From Candidatus Anderseniibacteriota bacterium (GTDB taxonomy: Bacteria; Patescibacteriota; Andersenbacteria; UBA10190): DNA of 64,000 nucleotides. The notes below the pieces were generated by a model. That model was not told the origin of the DNA. It saw only the letters and a program-made list of their open reading frames with translations, and did not search any database. A program made the position numbers and the translations under genes. Below, piece by piece: positions 28,365-38,932 of the stretch (positions are counted from its first letter, which is position 1; every line of letters begins with the position of its first letter). Where the stretch lies: positions 567 to 64,566 of the forward strand of contig JBBDZC010000018.1 of the NCBI GenBank assembly GCA_040900375.1, given 5' to 3'.

Positions 28365-28736
28365 TCACAAAAGTTGCTTGAGTATGAGGATAATATGCTC
28401 TTCGGTAATATAGGGATGGATTGCCTTAGTCACAAACTGGATCGCGGGGGAGGCTTCTTCAGCGCCTTCATAAAACGCGATGACTTCCTTGCCTGCCGCA
28501 TTCGCCCACCCAAGCTCAATGCCGCTTCCCGTAGAAGCAATGGAAACCTCAGCAATAACGAGGTCGCAGCTGGCTATATCCTGCTTAGTGATGTGAAGTT
28601 CCTCCTTCTTCTCGCGGGGATGGATTAACTCTACCCGGCCTTTCTCTTCAGCCGCGAATTGCTCCAGCGCATTGAAAAAGATGGGAGTGTGGCGGTGACC
28701 GCCGGAGGGGTGGGAAATAAACCACTTTGACATCAC
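28365..28736 (-). CDS. DNPH1/Rcl-like 2'-deoxynucleoside 5'-phosphate N-hydrolase (nucleoside 2-deoxyribosyltransferase fold)
   Basis: CDLVIAEVSIASTGSGIELGWANAAGKEVIAFYE aligns with the Rcl/DNPH1 core DVVVAEVT.PSLGVGYELG.A.ALGKPIL, including the catalytic Glu of the ELG motif. N-terminal WFISHPSGGHR compares with YFCGSIRGGR. 123 aa. Confidence 0.6.
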   Translation of the reverse strand: MMSKWFISHPSGGHRHTPIFFNALEQFAAEEKGRVELIHPREKKEELHITKQDIASCDLVIAEVSIASTGSGIELGWANAAGKEVIAFYEGAEEASPAIQFVTKAIHPYITEEHIILILKQLL

Positions 28737-28785
28737 TTAAGCTTAGAGGTTTTACTCCCTGCTCGCAAATCTCGAAGTAACCGGC

Positions 28786-29454
28786 CTAACTGGCGATGAG
28801 CCGAGGTTTAACATACTGCCAGACTTCTTCATGAAGATCTTCACGTGTTCGCTCTTGGCCCTGGCCATCGACACCGGCAATTGTAATCCAACCCTGTACC
28901 GCAGCAACTTTAAGATAGGCTGCCCGGATCGCGGTCAGTTTTTCTTTGGTCTCGAAGAAATCTTTATTCTTTTCCTTCAAGCGCCGCAGTGAGACAGCCA
29001 CAGGGGTATCAAGAAAAAGAACTAGGTCGGGTTGCGGCAGAGTGGGTTGACCCGTAAAGCAGAGCCACCAAATCCAATCATACATTTCTTGCCACTCCTG
29101 GCCGCGTAACCCCATGGTCTGGTACGCAAACGCGCTGGTACAAAAACGGTCCGAGACAACGAGCTGGCGGCCCGATTTTTCACTGGTGTGAGCAGTGATG
29201 TCCTCGGCACGCGAGAAGAAATCCTGAATGTATAACAACGCCTGCTCCCGGCGAGAGAAGGGTTTTTTATTCTTATGGAGCAGGAACTTATCGTAGATCA
29301 GGCGCCCGGTTGCCCGATCTTCTTGGGGAAAATGGAGCGAGAGCGGCTGATATTTTTCTTGCTGGAGGCGGCGCACGAGCCAGTCCGTCTGGGTTTGGCT
29401 ACCGCCCGCATCCAGGGCTTCAATAACGATGAAGGGAGAAGGTCGCTTAGGCAT
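28786..29454 (-). CDS. Thymidylate kinase-family paralog with degenerate Walker A (Lys replaced)
   Basis: Tmk fold is indicated by FIVIEALDAGGSQTQ (consensus IVIEGLDGSGKSTQ) and VVSDRFCTSAFAYQ (DRY..S.AYQ). The P-loop Lys and Ser/Thr are replaced (GGSQT). The gene overlaps the upstream tmk stop by 8 nt. Confidence 0.55.
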   Translation of the reverse strand: MPKRPSPFIVIEALDAGGSQTQTDWLVRRLQQEKYQPLSLHFPQEDRATGRLIYDKFLLHKNKKPFSRREQALLYIQDFFSRAEDITAHTSEKSGRQLVVSDRFCTSAFAYQTMGLRGQEWQEMYDWIWWLCFTGQPTLPQPDLVLFLDTPVAVSLRRLKEKNKDFFETKEKLTAIRAAYLKVAAVQGWITIAGVDGQGQERTREDLHEEVWQYVKPRLIAS

Positions 29455-30175
29455 AGGCTTGGAGTAACTGCGGAAATTTAAGACGCAGGTTTTCCCAAAC
29501 TAATTCTGCCACGTCATCAACGTTCAATAGCTCCTCTCCCTCCACACAGAGGATCCGGAGAAACCGCGCGGGATCTTGCTGGCACAGGAGATCATATTCA
29601 TTGTAGAGTCGTTGTTGAATTTCCAGGTGATCGGTATACTCATCCTTGTCTTGCATCTTTTCTTTTCGTTTCTCTAAAAGACCAACAGAGATCTCGGGCA
29701 GTATATCTAAAAAAAGTGAAATGTGTTCCAAGGGCATCTGTTGCTCTTGATATTCATAGCGGCTAACAGCGGCTTGAATTTTATCCCGAAAGAGTTCGGT
29801 TTCCTGCACGTCCAATCCCTCAATGGTCATAAAGGCAATACTGCTGGCTACGTACCGATCATAGATGACTATTTCTCCTAATTTGAGGGCCTGTAGAACT
29901 TCTGCGCGGTGCTCGGCACGATTGTGTGCAAATAGGCGCATTTTTTCCGGCCACGGTATCGCCTGCCAGCGCCCATCTTTATTCTGGAGCTTTTGCTTTA
30001 ATTTTTGGCCGCTGGAAGTGGTATAATCGGGACTTTCAAAATGATGAACAACGTGCCCCATAAATCGCAGGCGCCGGAGGAGATGCTGAACCTGGGTATG
30101 CTTGCCGGACGAATCAAGGCCATCAAAAGCAATCAGCAGGCCAGTGGGTTTAGGCGCAGGACACATACATTCCAC
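29447..30175 (-). CDS. tmk: Thymidylate (dTMP) kinase
   Basis: LIAFDGLDSSGKHTQ (intact Walker A), IYDRYVASSIAFM (DRY motif), and a LID-like LEKRKEKMQDKDEYTDHLE segment. The true start is probably an internal Met (MCPAPK...). Confidence 0.7.
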   Translation of the reverse strand: MECMCPAPKPTGLLIAFDGLDSSGKHTQVQHLLRRLRFMGHVVHHFESPDYTTSSGQKLKQKLQNKDGRWQAIPWPEKMRLFAHNRAEHRAEVLQALKLGEIVIYDRYVASSIAFMTIEGLDVQETELFRDKIQAAVSRYEYQEQQMPLEHISLFLDILPEISVGLLEKRKEKMQDKDEYTDHLEIQQRLYNEYDLLCQQDPARFLRILCVEGEELLNVDDVAELVWENLRLKFPQLLQAYA

Positions 30176-30260
30176 TTAGTTAGTACAACAATACCATAAA
30201 TTCGCCTCTTTAATTCTCAAGTTTTCTGACCTACCCGGAACTCAAAAGTTTTTGAAGGCT

Positions 30261-30935
30261 TTACAGCGCCACCCGGATACCTGGACTCATGGTGCTCTTA
30301 AGTGTGCAATTTTTAATTAGCCGGCCTTTGACGGCGGATGGCTTGGCTTGGCGGACAGCTTCGAGGACAGCCGTCACGTTTTTGACAATCTGGTCTGTTT
30401 CCCAGCTAGTCTTACCCACCGCTTCATGGATATTGCCAAGCTGATCCATCTTAAATGACAATTTACCGCCGAGAAGTTCCCGGACCACACTGGCTGGATC
30501 GGCACTCACTGTTCCCGTCTTGGGATTAGGCATTAATCCCTGGGGGCCTAAGGTGCGGGCAATCTTAGCAATTTTAGGCATCATCGCGGGCGTGGCCACT
30601 ACTACATCAGCCTTAAGCTGACCGGATTTCACAACGGCCGCAATGAGCTCTTCTCCCCCAACAATCGCGGCGCCAGCTTGCTGGGCCGTTGCCTGCTCCG
30701 CGTCATCCGCAAAGACAGCAATCTTCTTGGCTTTGGGGGCCCCAGCCGGCAAGGTAACACTCGCCCGCACGATCTGATCAGATTTAGTAGGATCAACTCC
30801 AAGATGAATATGAACTTCAATCGTCTCATCCACATTCGGCCGCGCGTGCTCGCGCAAAAAGGCGACTGCGGTGGTTAGATCAACCGCTTGCGCCGGGGCT
30901 TTCTCCTGCACCGTTTTGTATCGTTTACTGCGCAT
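30261..30935 (-). CDS. rplA: 50S ribosomal protein L1
   Basis: VQEKAPAQAVDLTTAVAFLREHARPNVDETIEVHIHLGVDP...KIAVFA. The ORF-track start at 30977 overlaps rplK; the internal Met at 30935 (MRSKRYKTVQEK) is the likely start. Confidence 0.9.
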   Translation of the reverse strand: MRSKRYKTVQEKAPAQAVDLTTAVAFLREHARPNVDETIEVHIHLGVDPTKSDQIVRASVTLPAGAPKAKKIAVFADDAEQATAQQAGAAIVGGEELIAAVVKSGQLKADVVVATPAMMPKIAKIARTLGPQGLMPNPKTGTVSADPASVVRELLGGKLSFKMDQLGNIHEAVGKTSWETDQIVKNVTAVLEAVRQAKPSAVKGRLIKNCTLKSTMSPGIRVAL

Positions 30936-30936
30936 A

Positions 30937-31356
30937 CTATTGAACAGTAATACCCATGGACCGAGCCGTCCCTTCAATAATTTTCATAGCGGCCTCTAGG
31001 TCACGGGCAGACAAGTCGGCCATTTTACGTTCCGCAATCTCCCGCACCTGGGCGCGTTTGACAGTGCCTACTTTATTAGTATTCGGCATGCCAGAACCTT
31101 TGGTCACTTTGGCGGCTTTCTTGAGTAGTTCGGCAGCGGGCGGAGTTTTTAGTTTCAGCGACATGCTGCGATCATCATAAATTGTCACCTCAACAGGAAT
31201 AATATCACCCATCATTTCTCGGGTCATATCGTTAAACCTGGTAACGAATTCTTGCAAGTTAACACCATGCTGCCCTAAAGCTGTTCCTACCGGCGGCGCC
31301 GGGGTGGCTTTACCACCGGGAGCTTGTAATTTAACAATGGTCTTTATCTGGGGCAT
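30937..31356 (-). CDS. rplK: 50S ribosomal protein L11
   Basis: [42 protein letters not shown]. Confidence 0.92.
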   Translation of the reverse strand: MPQIKTIVKLQAPGGKATPAPPVGTALGQHGVNLQEFVTRFNDMTREMMGDIIPVEVTIYDDRSMSLKLKTPPAAELLKKAAKVTKGSGMPNTNKVGTVKRAQVREIAERKMADLSARDLEAAMKIIEGTARSMGITVQ

Positions 31357-31387
31357 GTTACGAGGCTATAAATTAAGTAGCGGGCTT

Positions 31388-31960
31388 TCAAACTTCCTTC
31401 TTTACCTGTAAAAAGTCAAGTTCTACAGGAGTTTCGCGGCCAAAGACATTAACCAACACCTTAACGGTACCCTTAGCTTCATTAATTTCGGCAATTTTAC
31501 CTTCAAAATCCCTGAAAGGACCGTCCATGATCTTAACCGAATCACCCTCCACCACATCAATCTTATACTTAGGCTCTTCTTCACCCATGCGCTTAAGGAG
31601 GCGATCAACTTCTTCTTGGGAGACGGGCGTGGGCGTCGTGCCGGAACCGACGAAGCCAGTAACATTTGGCGTATTACGCACCACATACCATGAGTCTTCC
31701 GTAACAATCATCTGCACTAGCACGTAGCCGGGAAAGAGCCGTTCTTCGATAGTCTGGCGTTTACCATTCTTAACTCGGATTTTTTTCTCGCGCGGCACGA
31801 TTACTTGAAAGATCTTCTCTTCCATGCCCATTGACTCAATACGCTGGCGCAAATTACGCGCCACGTTGTCTTCATAACCAGAGTATGTGTGAAGAACATA
31901 CCACGCCCGATTATCCGAGTTATGGATGACAGGTTTTGATTGCTGTTTGAGATCGGCCAT
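31388..31960 (-). CDS. nusG: Transcription antitermination factor NusG
   Basis: WYVLHTYSGYEDNVARNLRQRIE (NGN domain) and a C-terminal KOW (GDSVKIMDGPFRDFEGKIAEI). Confidence 0.9.
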   Translation of the reverse strand: MADLKQQSKPVIHNSDNRAWYVLHTYSGYEDNVARNLRQRIESMGMEEKIFQVIVPREKKIRVKNGKRQTIEERLFPGYVLVQMIVTEDSWYVVRNTPNVTGFVGSGTTPTPVSQEEVDRLLKRMGEEEPKYKIDVVEGDSVKIMDGPFRDFEGKIAEINEAKGTVKVLVNVFGRETPVELDFLQVKKEV

Positions 31961-31971
31961 AGGAAGCTCGT

Positions 31972-32196
31972 TTAAATAAGAGCGTTAATGATAAGAGTTA
32001 AAAGATAATCAATGCCCCCAGTAATAAAGCCTAGAATGAGACAGGTAATGATAACCAGGATAGTATAACGAATTGTTGTCTCCCGAGACGGCCAGGAGAC
32101 TTTCTTGAGTTCGCCGCGAGCTTCACTAAAAAACTGCATGATTGCGTACGGTCCACGGCTTAGCTTTGATAGGGCAGGGTAAGCAATTTTAACCAT
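31972..32196 (-). CDS. secE: Preprotein translocase subunit SecE
   Basis: 74 aa: FFSEARGELKKVSWPSRETTIRYTILVIITCLILGFITGGIDYLL, in the conserved secE-nusG-rplK-rplA order. Confidence 0.75.
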   Translation of the reverse strand: MVKIAYPALSKLSRGPYAIMQFFSEARGELKKVSWPSRETTIRYTILVIITCLILGFITGGIDYLLTLIINALI

Positions 32197-32205
32197 ATAT
32201 TTCTG

Positions 32206-32230
32206 GTCTTAAAAAAGCCCCGGTGGGCTT
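32206..32230 (-). terminator. Intrinsic terminator downstream of gyrB (minus strand)
   Basis: On the minus strand the hairpin aagccc-accg-gggctt is followed by TTTTTTAAGA. It lies 45 nt after the gyrB stop. Confidence 0.5.
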
Positions 32231-32274
32231 ATGGAAAAACAATAGAATAAACCCGAGAAAGACGCAAGGGCTCC

Positions 32275-34272
<1,998 letters not shown>

Positions 34273-34444
34273 TTAAGAAGTTGAAATATATGCCTGTACT
34301 AATGAAGAAACAGGGTTTATCCCTGTCGATCTAACCTAAAATATCCTAGCATATTTAGGCGGTATTGAACAGAGAGATTATCACCATGATAAAGCCATTA
34401 TTATACCTTCACAGAGCCATTATTTTTCATGGTGGCCGGAGATT

Positions 34445-36799
34445 TTACTCGCGGATCAAGGCTGCTAATTCACGACGGAGCGTCGCTACAATTTCATTGT
34501 GTCTGGCATTCACTTCATCATCAGTTAAGGTACGCTCCAACGACTGATATTTCAGGTGAAATGCTACACTCTTAGCAAGCTGGGGATCGTGCTCAACATC
34601 AGCCGCATCATAGATATCAAATAAATCAACATCAACCACGAGATCCTTACCCACCCGCTCAATAATTTCTTGGACCGTCTCAATCCGGACCTCGGGGGCG
34701 ACAATGACCGAGAGATCACGAAATACTGGCGGGTACTTGCTGATGGGACTGTACTGATGGGGTGGGAGCAGGGACACGGGTTGGAGGGACGGCGGTTGCC
34801 TGGTGGCAGCAGCAACGGCGACATCAAGGTTCATTTCTAGGACAGCGAGAGGAGAAGAAATTTTTAAGGCCGAGCGGATCGAGGGAGACAAGGCACCAAT
34901 GAAACCTTCGGCAAAAGCAGGGGTATTGTTGGCAAGCCCCATCATTGCTACTACTTGAGCAGCAATACCCTGCACGACCGCCTCGGCATTGTCTTCGCCG
35001 ACAATGACAACCGCTAGATGGTGACTCTCAATTATACCGGCGACCTGTCCCCCAGTTCCCGGTTTAAAGACAATCCCAATTTCAAAGAGCTGTTGCCGGC
35101 GCCATTCGGCTTTATTTTTCACGACATTAGCGAGGAGGCTAGGCAAGAGACGTGTGCGCAAGTTCTTAAGCTCCGGTGAGACGGGATTAAGAAGACTGAT
35201 GGAGGGCTGATCAGCGCTGCCCGCGAGGCGAGCAAGAGCCGCTGGCTCGAAAGAATAATTGTATGTCTCCGTTAAGCCTAATTTTACAAGCAGATCACGC
35301 ACCGCCTCGCGCCATTGGATATTCAGTGGCAAAGCCACGGCGCTGACGGGTGGTAAAACTGCGGCCGGAATACTGTCAGGACCCTGCAACCTGATTGCTT
35401 CTTCGATCAAATCATGTTCGCCAGTAAGATCAAGCCGGTCGGCAGGCGGGGTCACAAGCCACTGGTTGGTCTGCTTGGTTATCGTGCAGCGTAAGCGACT
35501 CAAAGCTTCGTGAGTCTTGTCAGTAGAGATGGTCCACCCGGCTACGTGACTGACCTGCTCGGGCCGCAGTGTAATGGGCGGAGGTTGCCAGGCGTTAGGG
35601 TAGTAATCGAGGACAGTGGTAAGCTTTGCTCCTGTGAGCTCTTGCAGGAGTGCCGCCGCCCGGGCAAGTGCGAGCCGGGTGCGAGCCGGGTCAAGACCTT
35701 TACTAAAACGTAGTGAAGCAGCAGTTTGCAAGCCAAGTTGGGCGGCTGACGCGACGATAGCCGGCGGAGAAAAGTTTGCTGCTTCCAGCCACAGGGAAGT
35801 GGTGGCAGATTGTACTTCACTACTATGCCCCCCCATAATGCCGGCAAGAGCGACCGGTTGATTGTCACTAACAATAACCAAATTGGCCGCAGTTAGAGTG
35901 CGCTCTACGCCATCGAGCGTTACTAATTTTTCGGTACTGGTAGCAGCCCTGACGCCGATTGTTGGCCCGGGCAAGGTAGCAGCATCGAAAGCGTGCGTAG
36001 GTTGGCCAGTCTCGAGCATGACGTAATTCGTGATATCGACCACATTGTTAATTGGTCGAATATCCAGATGGAGCAACCGGGCTTGCAGCCAGAGGGGCGA
36101 AAGTGTGACGTGAGTGTGCTCGAGCAGAGCGCCGGAGTACCGTGGTGTCTGTTGATCATTTTCGATCTTGAGCGACCAGTCAGTGGCCGCCTCGCCAGCA
36201 CGAGGTAGTGTCTTAGATATTGGCTCGGTCACAACTACTTTAAGCAGAGCGGCGAGCTCACGAGCCAGGCCAAGGTGTCCCGAGGAATCCGAAGCGCGAT
36301 TAGGGGTAATGTCTGCCTCGAGAATCGTGTCAGGGGGAATATGCTGGCTCAACGATGTGCCCAGAGGGGTATCAGGCGGCAGGATAAAGATACCGCCATG
36401 GGCAGTACCTAAGCCTAGCTCGCGCAACGAATTCAGCATACCCGGACTATGTTGCCCCCGGATCGCGGCTTCTTGCAGGACGAAGTTATGACCTTTTTCA
36501 TCTTTAAGCGTGCTGCCCGGCGGGGCAAACGGCACGAGATCGCCAACCTCGATATTTATCGCCCCACACACCACGCGGATGCGGCGTTGGCCATCAGTCA
36601 CAGTTGCCAAGCGCAAACGGTCAGCATTGGGATGCGGCAATAATTCCTCAACACGCACGACAGTAATCTGGGGATCAAGGTAATATTCCTGCCCAACCAC
36701 TGTTTCAAAGCTATGGAGGGTGAGGACTTGGGCTACTTCAGCCGGGGAGAGCTTTAAATCCAGGATTAGTTCTTGCAGCCAGCGATAGGAAATTTTCAT
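34445..36799 (-). CDS. pheT: Phenylalanyl-tRNA synthetase beta subunit
   Basis: MKISYRWLQELILDLKLSPAEVAQVLTLHSFE (N-terminal tRNA-binding domain). 784 aa with B3/4 and B5 domain signatures. Confidence 0.9.
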   Translation of the reverse strand: MKISYRWLQELILDLKLSPAEVAQVLTLHSFETVVGQEYYLDPQITVVRVEELLPHPNADRLRLATVTDGQRRIRVVCGAINIEVGDLVPFAPPGSTLKDEKGHNFVLQEAAIRGQHSPGMLNSLRELGLGTAHGGIFILPPDTPLGTSLSQHIPPDTILEADITPNRASDSSGHLGLARELAALLKVVVTEPISKTLPRAGEAATDWSLKIENDQQTPRYSGALLEHTHVTLSPLWLQARLLHLDIRPINNVVDITNYVMLETGQPTHAFDAATLPGPTIGVRAATSTEKLVTLDGVERTLTAANLVIVSDNQPVALAGIMGGHSSEVQSATTSLWLEAANFSPPAIVASAAQLGLQTAASLRFSKGLDPARTRLALARAAALLQELTGAKLTTVLDYYPNAWQPPPITLRPEQVSHVAGWTISTDKTHEALSRLRCTITKQTNQWLVTPPADRLDLTGEHDLIEEAIRLQGPDSIPAAVLPPVSAVALPLNIQWREAVRDLLVKLGLTETYNYSFEPAALARLAGSADQPSISLLNPVSPELKNLRTRLLPSLLANVVKNKAEWRRQQLFEIGIVFKPGTGGQVAGIIESHHLAVVIVGEDNAEAVVQGIAAQVVAMMGLANNTPAFAEGFIGALSPSIRSALKISSPLAVLEMNLDVAVAAATRQPPSLQPVSLLPPHQYSPISKYPPVFRDLSVIVAPEVRIETVQEIIERVGKDLVVDVDLFDIYDAADVEHDPQLAKSVAFHLKYQSLERTLTDDEVNARHNEIVATLRRELAALIRE

Positions 36800-37839
36800 G
36801 AAAATTGCTTGAGAAAATCTAAGCTGCCTGACCAGAATAGCCGAATATCATCAATGCTGTGCTGGAGCATAGCCAGCCGATCAACCGCTCCGCCAAAAGC
36901 AAAACCCGAGTAAGCCTCGGGGTCAATGTTCATGTTGCGGAGCACGACGGGGTGTACCATACCGGCGCCCATGACCTCAAGCCAGCCAGTGTGTTTGCAA
37001 ATCCGGCAACCCTTGCCAGTACAAAATACACACTGGAGATCAACTTCATAGCCTGGTTCAACAAAGGGAAAATATGATGGCCGGAGGCGAACTTGAGCGG
37101 CCTTATTAAAGAAGCGAGAATAAAAAACTTCAATGGTACCTTTGAGATCAGCCACGGAAATAGCAGAGGCAACCACCAATCCCTCAAATTGGTAAAAAGT
37201 CGTCTCGTGAGTAGCGTCGGTGCGCTCGGCGCGAAACACGCGGCCAGGAAACAGCAAACGAAATGGGGGGGACAACTGTTGCTCACGGACAACACGCACC
37301 TGCATCGCGGAGGTTTGGGTCCGTAAAATGTGGCCATCGGTCAGGTAAAAGGTGTCGGTCTCGGCGCGCGTAGGATGCTGCGGCGGAATATTTAATAAGT
37401 CAAAATTATATTCTGGCTCTTCGACTAAAGGACCTTCCACGACCATGAATCCCAGGCTCGCAAAAATATCCTGGATGGCCCGGAGTGTGATCGTGAGAGG
37501 ATGGAGGTGACCAGGCTGGGGCATGCCGGAGAGCTTGGTGAGCGGGACAGCCTGTTTGACTGGCAACGGGACAGCGTCACGGTCGCGGCGGAGTACTGCT
37601 TGCTTGAGTTGGTACTGTTGTTCAAGGCGGGATCGCAACTCATTAGCCTGTTGACCTAATAAACGACGTTTCTTGGCCGGTAAATCTTTCACCGTTCGCA
37701 GTAATTTTGGCACTAAGCCCTTACGACCAATATAGGTAACACGCCACTCTTCGAGCTGGCGAGAAGTAGTAACTTGAGCCAGTGAGTGGTCCGCTTTATG
37801 TTGAAGCTTGGTTAGATCGTCGCTTGAGAGAGCGGTCAT
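36796..37839 (-). CDS. pheS: Phenylalanyl-tRNA synthetase alpha subunit
   Basis: HPLTITLRAIQDIFASLGFMVVEGPLVEEPEYNFDLLNIPPQHPTR plus class II motifs 2 and 3. Overlaps the pheT start by 4 nt. Confidence 0.92.
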   Translation of the reverse strand: MTALSSDDLTKLQHKADHSLAQVTTSRQLEEWRVTYIGRKGLVPKLLRTVKDLPAKKRRLLGQQANELRSRLEQQYQLKQAVLRRDRDAVPLPVKQAVPLTKLSGMPQPGHLHPLTITLRAIQDIFASLGFMVVEGPLVEEPEYNFDLLNIPPQHPTRAETDTFYLTDGHILRTQTSAMQVRVVREQQLSPPFRLLFPGRVFRAERTDATHETTFYQFEGLVVASAISVADLKGTIEVFYSRFFNKAAQVRLRPSYFPFVEPGYEVDLQCVFCTGKGCRICKHTGWLEVMGAGMVHPVVLRNMNIDPEAYSGFAFGGAVDRLAMLQHSIDDIRLFWSGSLDFLKQFS

Positions 37840-38227
37840 AACTTAAAAATATCAACTCGGCAAAGATAAATAAAATGGTGAGGATAACAGTGAGCCACCA
37901 CTGGTATAAACGCACGAGTGTCAGTAGCAGTAAGATATTGAGAAAAAGCCCCAGGATTACTCCCTGCCGTAATGCAGTCCGCACACTATACGCTGGTAAT
38001 TGTTCTCGGCTCACAAGACGACGGACACCATAACCGATTAGGCCCGTACCCGCGGCAACGGCTAAAAAGAGACTAAGAAAAAAAAGAACATACCCCGCTG
38101 GGCCAGCTTGCACCGGATCTAAAAATAAAATAATGAGCATCCAAATGCTGCCCGCAACCAAAGTCATAAGCCCAGAGCCAACCACAAAAGCGTGGACAGT
38201 CATGGGCACAAATACGCGGTCAAGCAC
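37796..38227 (-). CDS. Hypothetical polytopic membrane protein
   Basis: 143 aa with 3-4 predicted transmembrane helices. Overlaps the pheS start by 44 nt. No family assigned. Confidence 0.45.
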   Translation of the reverse strand: MLDRVFVPMTVHAFVVGSGLMTLVAGSIWMLIILFLDPVQAGPAGYVLFFLSLFLAVAAGTGLIGYGVRRLVSREQLPAYSVRTALRQGVILGLFLNILLLLTLVRLYQWWLTVILTILFIFAELIFLSYDRSLKRRSNQAST

Positions 38228-38482
38228 AGCATAGGCAGCAGTGTATCAGAAAGTTGATTACTTGGGGAAACGGGGCTTTATATACGCCAGCCTCGCACCT
38301 TTAGGGGGTGCGAGGGTCAAACGCTGCGCGCGGCGAGGCAATATGTGGAGCCGGCCGCGCTTGTATGTGTGCGTGATGATCTCCCCTTGTGATATCACCA
38401 TCTACCACGCCTAAGCACTGATATCCTGTCCACACAAGATATCATTTCACTTTACCGTTACCGATTAAGACTGGCAAGCTCG

Positions 38483-38557
38483 CGGACCCGACCGGATTCG
38501 AACCGGCGATCTTCGCCGTGACAGGGCGACGCTTTAAACCAACTAAGCTACGGGTCC
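38483..38557 (-). tRNA. tRNA-Asp (anticodon GTC)
   Basis: Reverse complement GGACCCG-TA-GCTT-AGTTGGTTTA-AAGC-G-TCGCC-CTGTCAC-GGCGA-AGATC-GCCGG-TTCGAAT-CCGGT-CGGGTCC-G. All four stems pair. Anticodon loop CU-GUC-AC. CCA is not encoded. Confidence 0.85.
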
Positions 38558-38752
38558 CAACTACGCTCTGTCTTCCCGACAGAGCTACGCTGGGCAAGTA
38601 TATGTCAATAAATGAATACTTGAAAATATCAGGAACAATAGAAAGGATACCTAAAACGATATAGTTGTCTAGCAATGCTCTCGTGGACTTACTAACTGAA
38701 GTCTGTAGCCTCATTGTTGTATCTTTTAGTTACTTACGGAAAGAGCCAATGT

Positions 38753-38848
38753 AGTGTGGCGCCTAGCCGTCGGGCGGTAATCATTAATGTAAAATATTGC
38801 GAGTTGCATTAGCGCCACACTACATTGGCGAGTGAGGGTGGTGGCGGC
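38753..38848. other. 17-bp perfect inverted repeat enclosing a 62-nt loop, directly 3' of the minus-strand tRNA(CAT)
   Basis: ccaatgtagtgtggcgc at 38753-38769 and gcgccacactacattgg at 38832-38848 are exact reverse complements. The tRNA 3' end is at 38859. Confidence 0.5.
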
Positions 38849-38858
38849 TGGAGTCGAA

Positions 38859-38932
38859 CCAGCGACCTCGGGCTTATGAGTCCCACGCTCTAACCAGCTG
38901 AGCTACGCCACCTAAGTACTACTAGTTAAAAG
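38859..38932 (-). tRNA. Elongator-type tRNA with CAT anticodon (tRNA-Met or lysidine-modified tRNA-Ile2)
   Basis: Reverse complement GGTGGCG-TA-GCTC-AGCTGGTTA-GAGC-G-TGGGA-CTCATAA-GCCCG-AGGTC-GCTGG-TTCGACT-CCAGC-CGCCACC-A. G1-C72 is paired. Anticodon loop CU-CAU-AA. One A31xG39 mismatch in the anticodon stem. Confidence 0.8.
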
